This document shows, one piece after another, positions 30,205 through 39,613 of a DNA stretch of 63,483 bases. The position numbers and the translations under genes are program-made. Source of the stretch: a virus (taxonomy: Duplodnaviria; Caudoviricetes); the IMG/VR virus record IMGVR_UViG_3300034013_000310, positions 1 through 63,483 of that record; one strand, given 5' to 3'. How positions within the stretch are numbered: the stretch's first letter is position 1; every line of letters begins with the position of its first letter. The notes under the pieces were generated by a model. It did no database searches. It saw only the letters and a list, made by a program, of their open reading frames with translations, and was not told where the DNA came from.

Positions 30205-31798
30205 ACGTTCTCGCCATTGTAACGATAGCATTTGTGCTCAAGATTGTAACGGCCACACTTATCGCGTTTTGTAAAGCGCTTCGCGTCACCTTCACCGGAT
30301 CAATCACCCCCATCTTGATGAGGTCTCCCATCTCTCCGGTTTTTAGATTGTACCCATACCCCGGTGCAACACCCTCCGGATACACGTCGCTAGCCTTTAG
30401 GCCGGCATTGTCAAGTATTTGAAGGAACGGCTCCATAAGCGCATGCTTTACAATGTCGATAGCAAGGTTGTACTCATCCGATTTTGACTCGTCTTGTGAA
30501 AGTTTTAAAGCCTCCTCAAGCAAAGTCTTACCTGCACCCGGTAGAATACCCTCCTCAAGCGCGCTTCTAACAGCACACACCGCGTCATCCACACGGTCAT
30601 AAAGCTCTTTTTGCTCCAGGTCAGTATGCCCACCAACAAAAATTACCCCTATACCACCAGTAAGCGAGGCAATTCGCTCCAAAATGAAGTCCTTGTCCGC
30701 TTTTCTCACCGCATTTTTGTGTGCTACCCACAATTGCTCAACCCTCTCCTTCACCTCTGCCTCATCTGCTCGCGCGTCAGACTTGATAATGATGGTTTTG
30801 TCCTTGCTCACGATGACTTTTGCCGCGTGTCCAAGGTCTCCGAAGTTGATAAGGCTCAAATCGTCACCGGTCTTTTCACTGAAGTAGGTCGCACCCACGC
30901 TAATAGCGATGTCATGCATCAGCTCGTGCTGCTTATACCCGAATCCCGGTGGCGCAACAGCGCAAACCTTTAAGTTTCCTTTTACAGCATTGGCCGCCAA
31001 GGTATTTACAACGTTAGTATTGCATGGAGAAATGATTAAAAGCTTTTTACCCTCACTGATAATTGGCTTTAACACGCTCTCAATTTGCAAAATATTTGCT
31101 ATCTCCACATCAGCTACCAACACCATCACATCGTCCATAACACATTCGTCCTTTTTTTGGTCGTTGATGAACATAGAGCTTAAATACCCTCTGTCAAATT
31201 TTAAACCTTGAGTGGTCTCAGCATACGTCTCGTCGGTCTGACTCTTCTCCACCGTTACGATACCATTTTTACCAACGTCTTTGTATACCTCAGCAATGAT
31301 TCGCCCGGTCTCTCTGTCGTTGTTTGCCGAGATTGTCGCCACGTCGCTTATCATCGAAGCAGTAACTTTTTTGGCGCGCTTTTTTAAGTTGTCCACCACC
31401 TTGTCGCTTATCTCCACCATGCTGCGAAGCACCTCGGTACGATTAGTCTCAGGAGTGATCTTGTCAGCACCACGCAATACCAATGCCTCAGTGAGTACAA
31501 TGGCCGTAGTAGTACCATCACCGGCACTTGTCGCCGTTCTATCGGCAGCCTCTTTCATCATTCGAACCGCAAGGTTCTCAGACGCGTCAAAAAGATTGAT
31601 TGATTTTGCTACAGTAACACCATCTTTGGTCACTGTGATACCATGAGTATGGTCAGGAGATTCAATAAGAACTGTGTTTCCGGAAGGCCCAAGAGTGCTC
31701 TTTACAGCTTTGGATAGCTTTACGACACCACTTACAAGTTTTTTCCTTCCATCTTCCCCGAAATGTAAATCTTTTGGAGAGTAACCATTTTCTATCAT
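30191..31798 (-). CDS. groEL: Chaperonin GroEL
   Basis: TLGP.G, VTKDGVTVA, AGDGTTTA, EEGILPG.G, GVIDP.KV.R.AL motifs; no GGM tail; start placed at MIENG because a -7 box overlaps the longer start. Confidence 0.95.
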   Translation of the reverse strand: MIENGYSPKDLHFGEDGRKKLVSGVVKLSKAVKSTLGPSGNTVLIESPDHTHGITVTKDGVTVAKSINLFDASENLAVRMMKEAADRTATSAGDGTTTAIVLTEALVLRGADKITPETNRTEVLRSMVEISDKVVDNLKKRAKKVTASMISDVATISANNDRETGRIIAEVYKDVGKNGIVTVEKSQTDETYAETTQGLKFDRGYLSSMFINDQKKDECVMDDVMVLVADVEIANILQIESVLKPIISEGKKLLIISPCNTNVVNTLAANAVKGNLKVCAVAPPGFGYKQHELMHDIAISVGATYFSEKTGDDLSLINFGDLGHAAKVIVSKDKTIIIKSDARADEAEVKERVEQLWVAHKNAVRKADKDFILERIASLTGGIGVIFVGGHTDLEQKELYDRVDDAVCAVRSALEEGILPGAGKTLLEEALKLSQDESKSDEYNLAIDIVKHALMEPFLQILDNAGLKASDVYPEGVAPGYGYNLKTGEMGDLIKMGVIDPVKVTRSALQNAISVAVTILSTNAIVTMARTYEHS

Positions 31799-31822
31799 TG
31801 GATTGAATTTAAAATTGATAGG

Positions 31823-31830
31823 CAAATATA
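31823..31830 (-). promoter_or_regulatory. TAnnTTTG -7 box for groEL
   Basis: caaatata on the plus strand; equivalent boxes at 3128, 11321, 14770, 24414 and 32331 (minus) and 44094, 53915 (plus), each just upstream of a gene start. Confidence 0.65.
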
Positions 31831-31868
31831 ACTAAAATTTTGATTAAGCCAAATAAAAAAGATTTCCG

Positions 31869-32056
31869 TGTCGATTGTCGATTTTTGGTCTTTCTATATA
31901 TATATATATATTTCCCTTTCTTTATTATTTTTTATTAATACAGTTTCCTTTTTTTTTCGACATTTTCGACATAAAAGAAATAATATATTAATAATCAATT
32001 AGTTACAAAAATAAAAACGACAGAAAAACGTCGTAAAATCTATCCTAATATGTCGA
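31869..32056. other. Origin-like element 1 (TCGACA iterons, (TA)n tract, IHF-type site)
   Basis: TGTCGA at 31869, 31876, 32051; TCGACA at 31957, 31966; TA run 31895-31911; aatcaattagtta matches WATCAANNNNTTR. Confidence 0.5.
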
Positions 32057-32063
32057 TTATATA

Positions 32064-32099
32064 AAAAAAAGAAGGGAACTAAGCCCTTCTCATTTTTTT
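32064..32099 (-). terminator. Terminator (possibly bidirectional)
   Basis: A-run, gaaggg-aactaag-cccttc hairpin, T-run. Confidence 0.6.
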
Positions 32100-32111
32100 G
32101 GTGTGTCAATT

Positions 32112-32327
32112 TTAGCGACCACACCCACCTTCATTCATGTCAGAGATTGCTTCACCGATCATAAATGCCTCACTCATTGTGGCTATTTTCTCAGCTTTTT
32201 TCATGGCTTTTTTTACCTCGATAGCTTGAGAAATACCAGTTTGACCATCAGGGCGATTATTGACTAACCGACCTCCACGTACACTAAGTCCGCTGTACTT
32301 AGCTTGAGAATATAAACTTTTTTTCAT
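32112..32327 (-). CDS. Small hypothetical protein
   Basis: -7 box at 32331-38 immediately upstream and a terminator downstream. Confidence 0.55.
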   Translation of the reverse strand: MKKSLYSQAKYSGLSVRGGRLVNNRPDGQTGISQAIEVKKAMKKAEKIATMSEAFMIGEAISDMNEGGCGR

Positions 32328-32848
32328 GCTCAAATATAAGTATTATTTGGGTAATATACCCATTTCGCGTAAAGCCCCCCGATCCGGAAACCGATTTTTT
32401 TTCGCCCTACCCCTTGCCAAATCAGAAAATACTTATAGATTTTTTTGGCTTTTCCCTTCCCTTCTGCTTGTGGCTTTACTCCTACAAATTCACTTTGTTG
32501 CCCTACTTACTTTGTGTTTCAAAGTACTTTGTGCATAGAATTTTGGCCCTTGGTTTTGTAGCCGGATCCCTACATTTCGGAGTGAATTTTATATATATCA
32601 ATTTAGCAAATATATACGTTTACTTTGCCGTTCAAAGTACTTTGTATCCCCTTTTTTAGAATAGTAATGTAAAATTCCTACAACTTTCTATTCTCATAAC
32701 TTACTGAATATCAATACTTTACAAAAAACTTTAAAAAAAAACATCATTTTTATCTAAAAAAATTTGCATTGCCACAAAATAACACTAATTTGGCACCGTC
32801 TTAATGAGGCAAACAAAATTTTTTATTAATATATAAATACATGCAATT

Positions 32849-33199
32849 ATGAGCGCAAAAACACAAACACAAGCAAAAAAAACATTAACCGACAGACAAA
32901 ACGAGTTAATTAACAAAACCGACAAATCAACATTTGACTTTGTAAAATTGGCAAACGTTACCGACAAAATCGAAAACAAAACGGCTTCAAAGGTTTATAA
33001 AAATTGTACTGCTAATGCCTATGCAAAAAGTATTTTAGGCACAAGCAAAATGCCTTCTTTCAAGCAGTTTGTTGAAAAATTACCTATTAAAGATACTTAT
33101 TCTAATTGGGATGGTTACAAATGTTTAGCAAAATTTAACGTAAAAAATGAGACTGCTAAAAAAGTAGCTCGACAAAACAAAAAAGAAGCCACTAAATAG
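32849..33199 (+). CDS. First early gene, basic 116-aa protein
   Basis: First plus-strand ORF after the long divergent non-coding region. Confidence 0.65.
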   Translation: MSAKTQTQAKKTLTDRQNELINKTDKSTFDFVKLANVTDKIENKTASKVYKNCTANAYAKSILGTSKMPSFKQFVEKLPIKDTYSNWDGYKCLAKFNVKNETAKKVARQNKKEATK

Positions 33200-33231
33200 A
33201 CGCAAAGGTTTTCGGTTACCCTTAAACCGTA

Positions 33232-33304
33232 CTTACTCAACTGTAAAGGTTTGACGTACCGAGTAAGCTTATTCTTACATTTTTTGTAAGTAACTAATTT
33301 ACAG
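33232..33304 (+). ncRNA. HDV-like (nested double pseudoknot) ribozyme candidate
   Basis: P1 cttactc/gagtaag, P2 ctgtaaa/tttacag, P3 ggt/acc, L3 ttgacgt, P4 cttaca/tgtaag, J4/2 CTAA. Confidence 0.6.
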
Positions 33305-33309
33305 AATGT

Positions 33310-33680
33310 TTTTATCGTCCCGCGCTTATGCCTATTAATTTGCGAAATGCAAAGGGCTTAAGATTTGCGAAATGCAAAGGGATTTTAAAAATCGTACTTT
33401 GACATATTGTAAAAAAATGCACTAATCAAAATTGGCAAATTTGGTTATAAATGTACTATTTAAAGGTATAGTATAGACGTGATTTTTTGTGTATTTTTTA
33501 TTCATAGGGTTGCACGAGGCAAAAGTATAAAGACTCGCCTAAACTAAGTTAATGACTTAATGATGCAACACACAAGGGAACTAAGAACGTATTACGTTTA
33601 GTAGTGGGCGTCCTTTGTAGTAAAAAAAGTCAAACGTTGAACGGGACATAAAATAAAAGATTGCCTATTTAGTAGGCACA
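33310..33680 (+). ncRNA. Structured non-coding RNA candidate
   Basis: Long-range closing helix 33310-22/33642-53, 19-nt direct-repeat hairpins and several internal stems; no ORF in the track. Confidence 0.4.
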
Positions 33681-33694
33681 AATATATACTAACT

Positions 33695-33726
33695 AAGCCA
33701 TGTCATTCGATGTGGCTTTTTTATTT
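33695..33726 (+). terminator. Rho-independent terminator
   Basis: aagccatgtc-attc-gatgtggctt followed by a T-tract. Confidence 0.7.
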
Positions 33727-33746
33727 AATTATAAGGTGGACAAAAT

Positions 33747-33806
33747 GCATAGCTTGTGGACAAGAGACCTATCAATAGGTTATAAGGTTCGATTCCTTAC
33801 TATGTT
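33747..33806 (+). ncRNA. Minimal tRNA-like element without a canonical anticodon loop
   Basis: Acceptor gcatag/ctatgt, arm cttg-tgga-caag, arm accta-tcaa-taggt, T-arm taagg-ttcgatt-cctta. Confidence 0.55.
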
Positions 33807-33826
33807 CTAATTTAAAAAGCAATAAA

Positions 33827-34054
33827 ATGAACTTACAAAACTTAAAACCGATTAGCTATTACGAAAATCAAATCAATATGTTGCTTGAGCAAATCAAGGC
33901 AACGAATGGATTTTTGAGTAAGGCAACGAATGATGTTCAAAAAGAATTTGGAAATAAAATGAATGAACTTCACTCTAAAGAAATCTATCACTATCGCGAA
34001 ATAGTAATGCACCTGAGAAGTATAAACAAATTAATAGGACCATTATTAAACTAA
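33827..34054 (+). CDS. Early hypothetical protein
   Basis: ORF with an AT-rich leader in the early operon. Confidence 0.55.
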   Translation: MNLQNLKPISYYENQINMLLEQIKATNGFLSKATNDVQKEFGNKMNELHSKEIYHYREIVMHLRSINKLIGPLLN

Positions 34055-34064
34055 ATTAATAGAT

Positions 34065-34289
34065 ATGAGAGTAAAAGACTTAAGAGTAGGTAATGCCATA
34101 CTTCGTAAAATGGCAAAAGAAAATGGTTTTGATATCGAAAACGTATATTTAAACCAATACTATGGATATGTACATACGGTAGATGTAAACAAACCCGATG
34201 CTGACTTTTGTGAAACTGAATACAAAGGTTCAAAATACAGAGTAGAATATATGTTAGGTTGCTTTAATCCATTTATAGTAAAAATATGA
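34065..34289 (+). CDS. Early hypothetical protein
   Basis: ORF track; tight packing. Confidence 0.55.
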   Translation: MRVKDLRVGNAILRKMAKENGFDIENVYLNQYYGYVHTVDVNKPDADFCETEYKGSKYRVEYMLGCFNPFIVKI

Positions 34290-34639
34290 AAGCAGTTTTT
34301 ATTTCCTTAATGCTATTAATTATAGCGATGATTATCATTCCGGTAGGTGGAATGAGTGAGTCAAATCCAAACAAAGATTTCTATATCTATGGTTTTTTAA
34401 CATGCGAGATTCTATGCATAGCTTCTATGCTTAGATTTTTTATCAACTCTAAAAAGCAATAAAATGAGACCACGTATCAAACACAAAGTGGACGTTCAAG
34501 CAGTTATCAACGACATCGAGCGTCGAGTAAAAGTCTATTCAGAATGCATTAAAGACCTAATGCAGTCAGAAGGAATCGAGTACCAACAAGCTAAACAATT
34601 AATTAGTTCACGTACTGTGAACACAATACTATTTAAGTA

Positions 34640-34939
34640 ATGAGTTACTATGTTAGAATGCAAATCGATAACTATATATTGGATAGATATGGTTTTGAGG
34701 CATGGATACATGCAACGGTAGAAGAAGGTAAAGAGGTCTTTTATGCCAAACTATTCAAAGGAGAATACGATGAATGTGAGGTTAGTGTGGATGATAAATT
34801 CCCAACATTCACAGAAGCAAACAACTTTTTAGAAAGTAAAGTAAAAGAGATTGTTGTGCCTTATATCGACTATGTAAGAGTCAGAGGTAATTGGGCAAAA
34901 GAAGATTTACAAACAATAGAAAACGATTTTAAATTATGA
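34640..34939 (+). CDS. Early hypothetical protein
   Basis: ORF track; coupled to the next gene. Confidence 0.55.
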   Translation: MSYYVRMQIDNYILDRYGFEAWIHATVEEGKEVFYAKLFKGEYDECEVSVDDKFPTFTEANNFLESKVKEIVVPYIDYVRVRGNWAKEDLQTIENDFKL

Positions 34940-35676
34940 AACCAACATTAGAAGAAGTTAAAGCATACTTTAAAAATGCTAAAGAAGTAAAATGTTTGAG
35001 TGAAAATAGAGTTTTTAAATTAAAAGAAAACTATTCTATTGAAAGAGGGATTTTGACTAACAGTTATTTTGCATATAAAGGAGGTAAAGCTATAATTGAT
35101 TTATGGGACGACCAAAAAGGCTACGCCGAAATTATATCCTATAAGGAGTTCACTGTCTCAAAAGAGTTCATTCTCGAGGCACATTCAGCAGCATGCTCAA
35201 CGTGGAAAACCAAAATCGAAGACAAATTCCCGGACTTATTCAACGAACTAACTCCGTTCAATTGGTATAGACCTGATGGCTTTGGCAAATGTTTGCTTTA
35301 CTTTACCGGTGAGTATGGTTATCGCAAATCACCATTTGGGTTCGACTACAACGGTAACTACACTGAGAAGTTAGGAGTGCACCGCGAAGATAGACACTCC
35401 AAAGCCACAGACGAAGAGGTGTTCGAGATGTTCGCAATTGAGGCCGACAAAAGAGGCTACAAGTCCAATACTAAAATTAAAAGTTTATTATTTAAAGGCA
35501 CAACTGTCAGTATTAACGGAACAGAGATGAGGCTTGAAGGTAATGGCAGACGAGTACATATGGGAGGATCTACCATATTCGACAACGGAGAATGGGCAGA
35601 GATTGTACCAAAAGTAGTCGAGATGACCAAAGAGGAAATTGAACAGAAGTTAGGATTTAAAATCAAAATAGTATGA
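34936..35676 (+). CDS. Hypothetical protein (246 aa, ends EMTKEEIEQKLGFKIKIV)
   Basis: ATGA coupling; internal repeat of the WAEI/YAEI motif. Confidence 0.65.
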   Translation: MKPTLEEVKAYFKNAKEVKCLSENRVFKLKENYSIERGILTNSYFAYKGGKAIIDLWDDQKGYAEIISYKEFTVSKEFILEAHSAACSTWKTKIEDKFPDLFNELTPFNWYRPDGFGKCLLYFTGEYGYRKSPFGFDYNGNYTEKLGVHREDRHSKATDEEVFEMFAIEADKRGYKSNTKIKSLLFKGTTVSINGTEMRLEGNGRRVHMGGSTIFDNGEWAEIVPKVVEMTKEEIEQKLGFKIKIV

Positions 35677-35945
35677 GAACAATTAAAGAATTATTAGAAG
35701 TAATGCTTAGGAACCAAGACATGTTCCCTTGTGGGTTATGCGTTTGGTCGCAAAGACTATACAACAGAGATGTAATATCTTATAATGAGTATTTGTTATT
35801 AAGAGAATACATAGACAAGAATAAACCTAAGTGGTATTCTAGTTTTGATGCATTGTCTCATTGTTTTTCACAGTATTATTGGGAGCCTGGCGATATAAAA
35901 CCAAGAATCAAGTGGATTCAAAAACATATTAAACTTAATTCTTAG
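35673..35945 (+). CDS. Hypothetical protein
   Basis: ATGA coupling. Confidence 0.55.
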   Translation: MRTIKELLEVMLRNQDMFPCGLCVWSQRLYNRDVISYNEYLLLREYIDKNKPKWYSSFDALSHCFSQYYWEPGDIKPRIKWIQKHIKLNS

Positions 35946-35949
35946 AAGT

Positions 35950-36132
35950 ATGAAACAAATAACTTGGGAGGTGTGGCTATACATCTCAGTATTCGTATTC
36001 TTTTCCCTATTCTTTATGGGGACAATGCCGCGGAGTGTCACAGCATTCCCCAATTTTTTATGGTACTTCATACCATCAGTAATTAACCTGGCCGTATGTT
36101 TATTCTACGGCTTAAAAGATTCAGAGAGATGA
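35950..36132 (+). CDS. Small membrane protein
   Basis: Two hydrophobic segments. Confidence 0.5.
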   Translation: MKQITWEVWLYISVFVFFSLFFMGTMPRSVTAFPNFLWYFIPSVINLAVCLFYGLKDSER

Positions 36133-36458
36133 CAACAGAACAACAAAACAAAATGCTCGACAAATTTATAGGAAGTGAAGGGCAGTGGGAGTCCTACAAA
36201 AACTCTTACGGAGAAGAATGTTGGGGTAAATACAAGCCAAACTATCATCACTCGGATTGGAATGAATTGATGCGTGTGGTGGAGAAAATAAACACAATTG
36301 AACGTTTTGAAGTGGTTATTATAAGCGAACATTGCCATATAACAGATCAATTAGGGGAATTAACACTGTCTCTTCAATGTCCAAGCACAAAAATAGCAGT
36401 CTACAAAGCGTGTTGCGAATTTATAAAATGGTACAACGATGAGAACAGAGATAACTGA
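36129..36458 (+). CDS. Hypothetical protein (YH.DWN.LM.VVEKI...VY.AC.EFIKWYN)
   Basis: Phage small-protein motif; start set at MTTEQ (ATGA overlap). Confidence 0.55.
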   Translation: MTTEQQNKMLDKFIGSEGQWESYKNSYGEECWGKYKPNYHHSDWNELMRVVEKINTIERFEVVIISEHCHITDQLGELTLSLQCPSTKIAVYKACCEFIKWYNDENRDN

Positions 36459-36590
36459 CATCCAAAAGTGGCTGAGAGTTTACCATAACCCGACATGTGA
36501 GTCAGCCTTTAAAAAAGCAGAGAGAGAACTCAAAAAAGTTCACGACAAATACGGAACAGTAGACGTAAGTATAATCAAACAGCTAATATC

Positions 36591-36788
36591 ATGAGTGAAT
36601 TAAAAGAACAAATAGAGAAAGAACTCAAATTCCTAAAGAAAGGAATTGTAAAGACTCCCGAGTCTCTCAGAGAACTTGAGATTTTTGCCAAAGCTAACAA
36701 CGGTACATCAGACGTGGTACTAATGCACATGTCTATGAACTACGGATACAAACTTGCATTAGAGAAACTTAAACAGCAAATATCATGA
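36591..36788 (+). CDS. Hypothetical protein
   Basis: ORF track; coupled to the next gene. Confidence 0.5.
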   Translation: MSELKEQIEKELKFLKKGIVKTPESLRELEIFAKANNGTSDVVLMHMSMNYGYKLALEKLKQQIS

Positions 36789-37987
36789 GATTATCAGAAT
36801 TACGCACTATCTATGATTGTGCAGAAGACAATCAAGAGGCACGCAACATCGTAGCCTCTATCGGTCAAAGACTCGTTTCACTAACAGAGATTGAGGACAG
36901 AGACTTCTTCGAGTACGATGGACTGTATTTTTCAAGCGAAGAGTATGTTATAACTCACGACGATGGCGTTCATCATATCGATGACACATTTTATTGCGAA
37001 GGGTACGATGCATACTTCCCGGACCAAGTTAGCAGTGTCACGGTAAATAGAGGCAGCGACCAATGGACTTGTTCGAAGGCTTATGTATTGTATGGATGCA
37101 ATATATCACTATGGTATTACGATGGAGAATACTATGATTGGGACGCATTGGATTACCGCGACCTTGTTGTGACTGAAGACACTAATGAGGTTATGTGCAG
37201 AGATGATGCCTACTACCACGAAGGGTACGGTTGGTGCAGTGAGCCTGACGACAACGAGACATACGTTAGAGACTACCACTCTGGCTCACACCATCTTAAG
37301 ATGTTCGACCACAAATCACCATACAAAATTGGATTTGAGATTGAGAAGGAAGACCAAGAGGTTAAAGAGTCTATCGAGATTGACGACTTCGAGGAAGCTA
37401 CCGACAACATTTGGCGTAAAGAGAGAGATGGCAGTCTCGATGATGTGTCCGGATTTGAGGTAATCAGTCCGACATTCGAGTTTAATATCCCAAAAATATT
37501 CAAACTCATCGAGTCCAATGACATTCTTGTAGAGCATATCAATGCCAATACAGAGCTGACTTGTGGTGGTCACATCCACTTATCAGAGGATGGTCTCAGT
37601 GGTCAAGAGATGTTTGACAAAATCAAAGGCTATACTCCTTTGTTGTATGCCTTGTACTACGGTAGAGTAGACAAGCACTACTGCCGAGGCAAGAAGAACG
37701 ACGAAATTAAAGGTGATGGTAATAAGTATCAAGCTATTAGAATACTCAGCGACCGTATCGAGTTTCGTATCATCAGTGCAGTGCGCAACGTTAAGACACT
37801 CAAGTGGCGTGCCAAGCTAATCGATATGATGCTAAAGTATCCTACCGATGACGTGGCTAAAGCCTACTACTACGTTGATACAAAGTTCACCCGACTATTG
37901 TCTGAGGTTTACTCAGCCGATAAGTTGGTGGAAGTAAAGAAAAGATTTGTGGAATTCACTAAAAGATTTGAAGATTTAGATATTTAA
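36785..37987 (+). CDS. Putative amidoligase (COOH-NH2 ligase type 2) with Asp/Tyr/Cys-rich N-terminal region
   Basis: IGFEIE, ERDGSL, GFEVISP, TCGGHIH, KY.AI and IEFR motifs. Confidence 0.8.
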   Translation: MRLSELRTIYDCAEDNQEARNIVASIGQRLVSLTEIEDRDFFEYDGLYFSSEEYVITHDDGVHHIDDTFYCEGYDAYFPDQVSSVTVNRGSDQWTCSKAYVLYGCNISLWYYDGEYYDWDALDYRDLVVTEDTNEVMCRDDAYYHEGYGWCSEPDDNETYVRDYHSGSHHLKMFDHKSPYKIGFEIEKEDQEVKESIEIDDFEEATDNIWRKERDGSLDDVSGFEVISPTFEFNIPKIFKLIESNDILVEHINANTELTCGGHIHLSEDGLSGQEMFDKIKGYTPLLYALYYGRVDKHYCRGKKNDEIKGDGNKYQAIRILSDRIEFRIISAVRNVKTLKWRAKLIDMMLKYPTDDVAKAYYYVDTKFTRLLSEVYSADKLVEVKKRFVEFTKRFEDLDI

Positions 37988-38014
37988 AAAATAACAATTT
38001 AAAAAAATAAAAAC

Positions 38015-38821
38015 ATGTGCATCGCAATATTAAATACCAAGAAAGCAGGTAAGTTACCAAAATCATACATCAAAAACTCATGGGAAAACAACGACATGGG
38101 CGCCGGACTATTATGGACAGAGAAAGGTAAGCTAAATACCTTCAAGACTTACGAATACGACGAGTTTGAGAAGAAGTATTATTCAATCAGAAGAAAGAAG
38201 GAGACCGGTAATATTGTCCTTCACTTCCGTATCGCCACAAGTGGCTTTGACAAATACATAAACCTTCATCCGTTCCTTGTCAATGATGACTTAGGTTTTG
38301 TTCACAACGGAGTATTGTACGGACTCGGCAACAAAAAGTACTCAGACACTTACGAGTTCAATGAGATGCTCAAGACATTCAAACACGACTTCTTATCTTG
38401 TAAGATGACGAGAATGCTTATCGAACAATACATCGACTACAGCAAACTAATCTTCCTTGCTGCCGATGACAAATACACCATCATCAACGAAAAGAAAGGG
38501 CATTGGGCCGGTAACAATTGGTACTCGAATGACTCATACAAACAAGTCAATTCATTCAAATACTACGGTAACCAAAAGGTATTCACACCCGGATACCTTG
38601 ACAAATTCGAACAGGACTTGTTTGAGGATACACCATCTTACAAACAAGAGGTCAGCGCCGACGACGAGTGGGAAATGTACGAGTACATCTGTGATGTATA
38701 CGGAGAAGATCCAGACGATCCGGGGACATGGGACACTATTGAATACTACATGTCGCTCAATAACACGTTTACTATTCCTGAGTTGTATAACATTTTAACT
38801 GAAGACTATGCAAGAAGCTAG
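38015..38821 (+). CDS. Class II (Ntn) glutamine amidotransferase
   Basis: N-terminal MC, N..G.G, HFRIAT.G, HPF, HNG and SDT motifs. Confidence 0.9.
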   Translation: MCIAILNTKKAGKLPKSYIKNSWENNDMGAGLLWTEKGKLNTFKTYEYDEFEKKYYSIRRKKETGNIVLHFRIATSGFDKYINLHPFLVNDDLGFVHNGVLYGLGNKKYSDTYEFNEMLKTFKHDFLSCKMTRMLIEQYIDYSKLIFLAADDKYTIINEKKGHWAGNNWYSNDSYKQVNSFKYYGNQKVFTPGYLDKFEQDLFEDTPSYKQEVSADDEWEMYEYICDVYGEDPDDPGTWDTIEYYMSLNNTFTIPELYNILTEDYARS

Positions 38822-38937
38822 CAAGTTCTACGAGTGGATGCTCAAAATAAAGAGTATCCACTTGGCCAACAACACCAAAATGAGTGAGGCCTACGAGAAG
38901 ATTATTAAAAACGAAAAAGAAACAAAAGTACCTAACA

Positions 38938-39096
38938 ATGAGAGAGTATTTGATTTGCTATCTAGCGGAGCGCAATGACGTATGCGCAGACCTTGAGACC
39001 ATAGTCGAGGCATCAAACATCAAAGAAGCCTTAGACGATTTCCTTAGTAATAACATTGTAAAACGAGTAACAAGTATCCAAGAAGAAAATGAATGA
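38938..39096 (+). CDS. Small hypothetical protein
   Basis: MREYLICY... start inside the ORF-track ORF. Confidence 0.4.
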   Translation: MREYLICYLAERNDVCADLETIVEASNIKEALDDFLSNNIVKRVTSIQEENE

Positions 39097-39613
39097 CATT
39101 CAAACACAAATACTACAGGACTTAAAGGATAAGTTCTGTAGTCTTTCGCAAAGCGAACTATCATCGGGCGGATTGATCGACGTGAGTTCAATCATTCAAA
39201 AAGCCAACGAAGACATCATTGCTAAAGAGTCAATAGTAGAAGCCACAAAGGCATTTACAAGACTTATGCAAGAAGACATCAGAAGACACGTCTTTATGAT
39301 ACAAAAAGACATTGAGGCACTTGGACTGTCTATCTCAATAAGTCAAGTAGGCGATTATATTGATATAAAAGCAGGCCCGATATACGGAATAAGAATACGG
39401 TATAATCATTCTACATATAAAAATGTTACCTTTGATAATTGTTCAAGGTCTTATCCGGTGGAGTATAAAATAACCCTTAAATCAGACTACCTTTATGACC
39501 TCAACTTCAAAGGAAACGATGAAGGCTTTAAAGAGTTGGTATCCAACGAAAGATTTAAACTAAAATTAAGAGAGCTATATGAACTTCTACAGAATAAAAA
39601 CGACAGCGTATAA
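39089..39613 (+). CDS. Hypothetical protein
   Basis: 174-aa ORF. Confidence 0.55.
   Translation: MNDIQTQILQDLKDKFCSLSQSELSSGGLIDVSSIIQKANEDIIAKESIVEATKAFTRLMQEDIRRHVFMIQKDIEALGLSISISQVGDYIDIKAGPIYGIRIRYNHSTYKNVTFDNCSRSYPVEYKITLKSDYLYDLNFKGNDEGFKELVSNERFKLKLRELYELLQNKNDSV

Noticed and set aside
32326-32979. ORFs 32326..32538, 32414..32659 and 32785..32979
   Set aside because: Low-complexity Phe/Leu-rich translations of the divergent control region; probably non-coding
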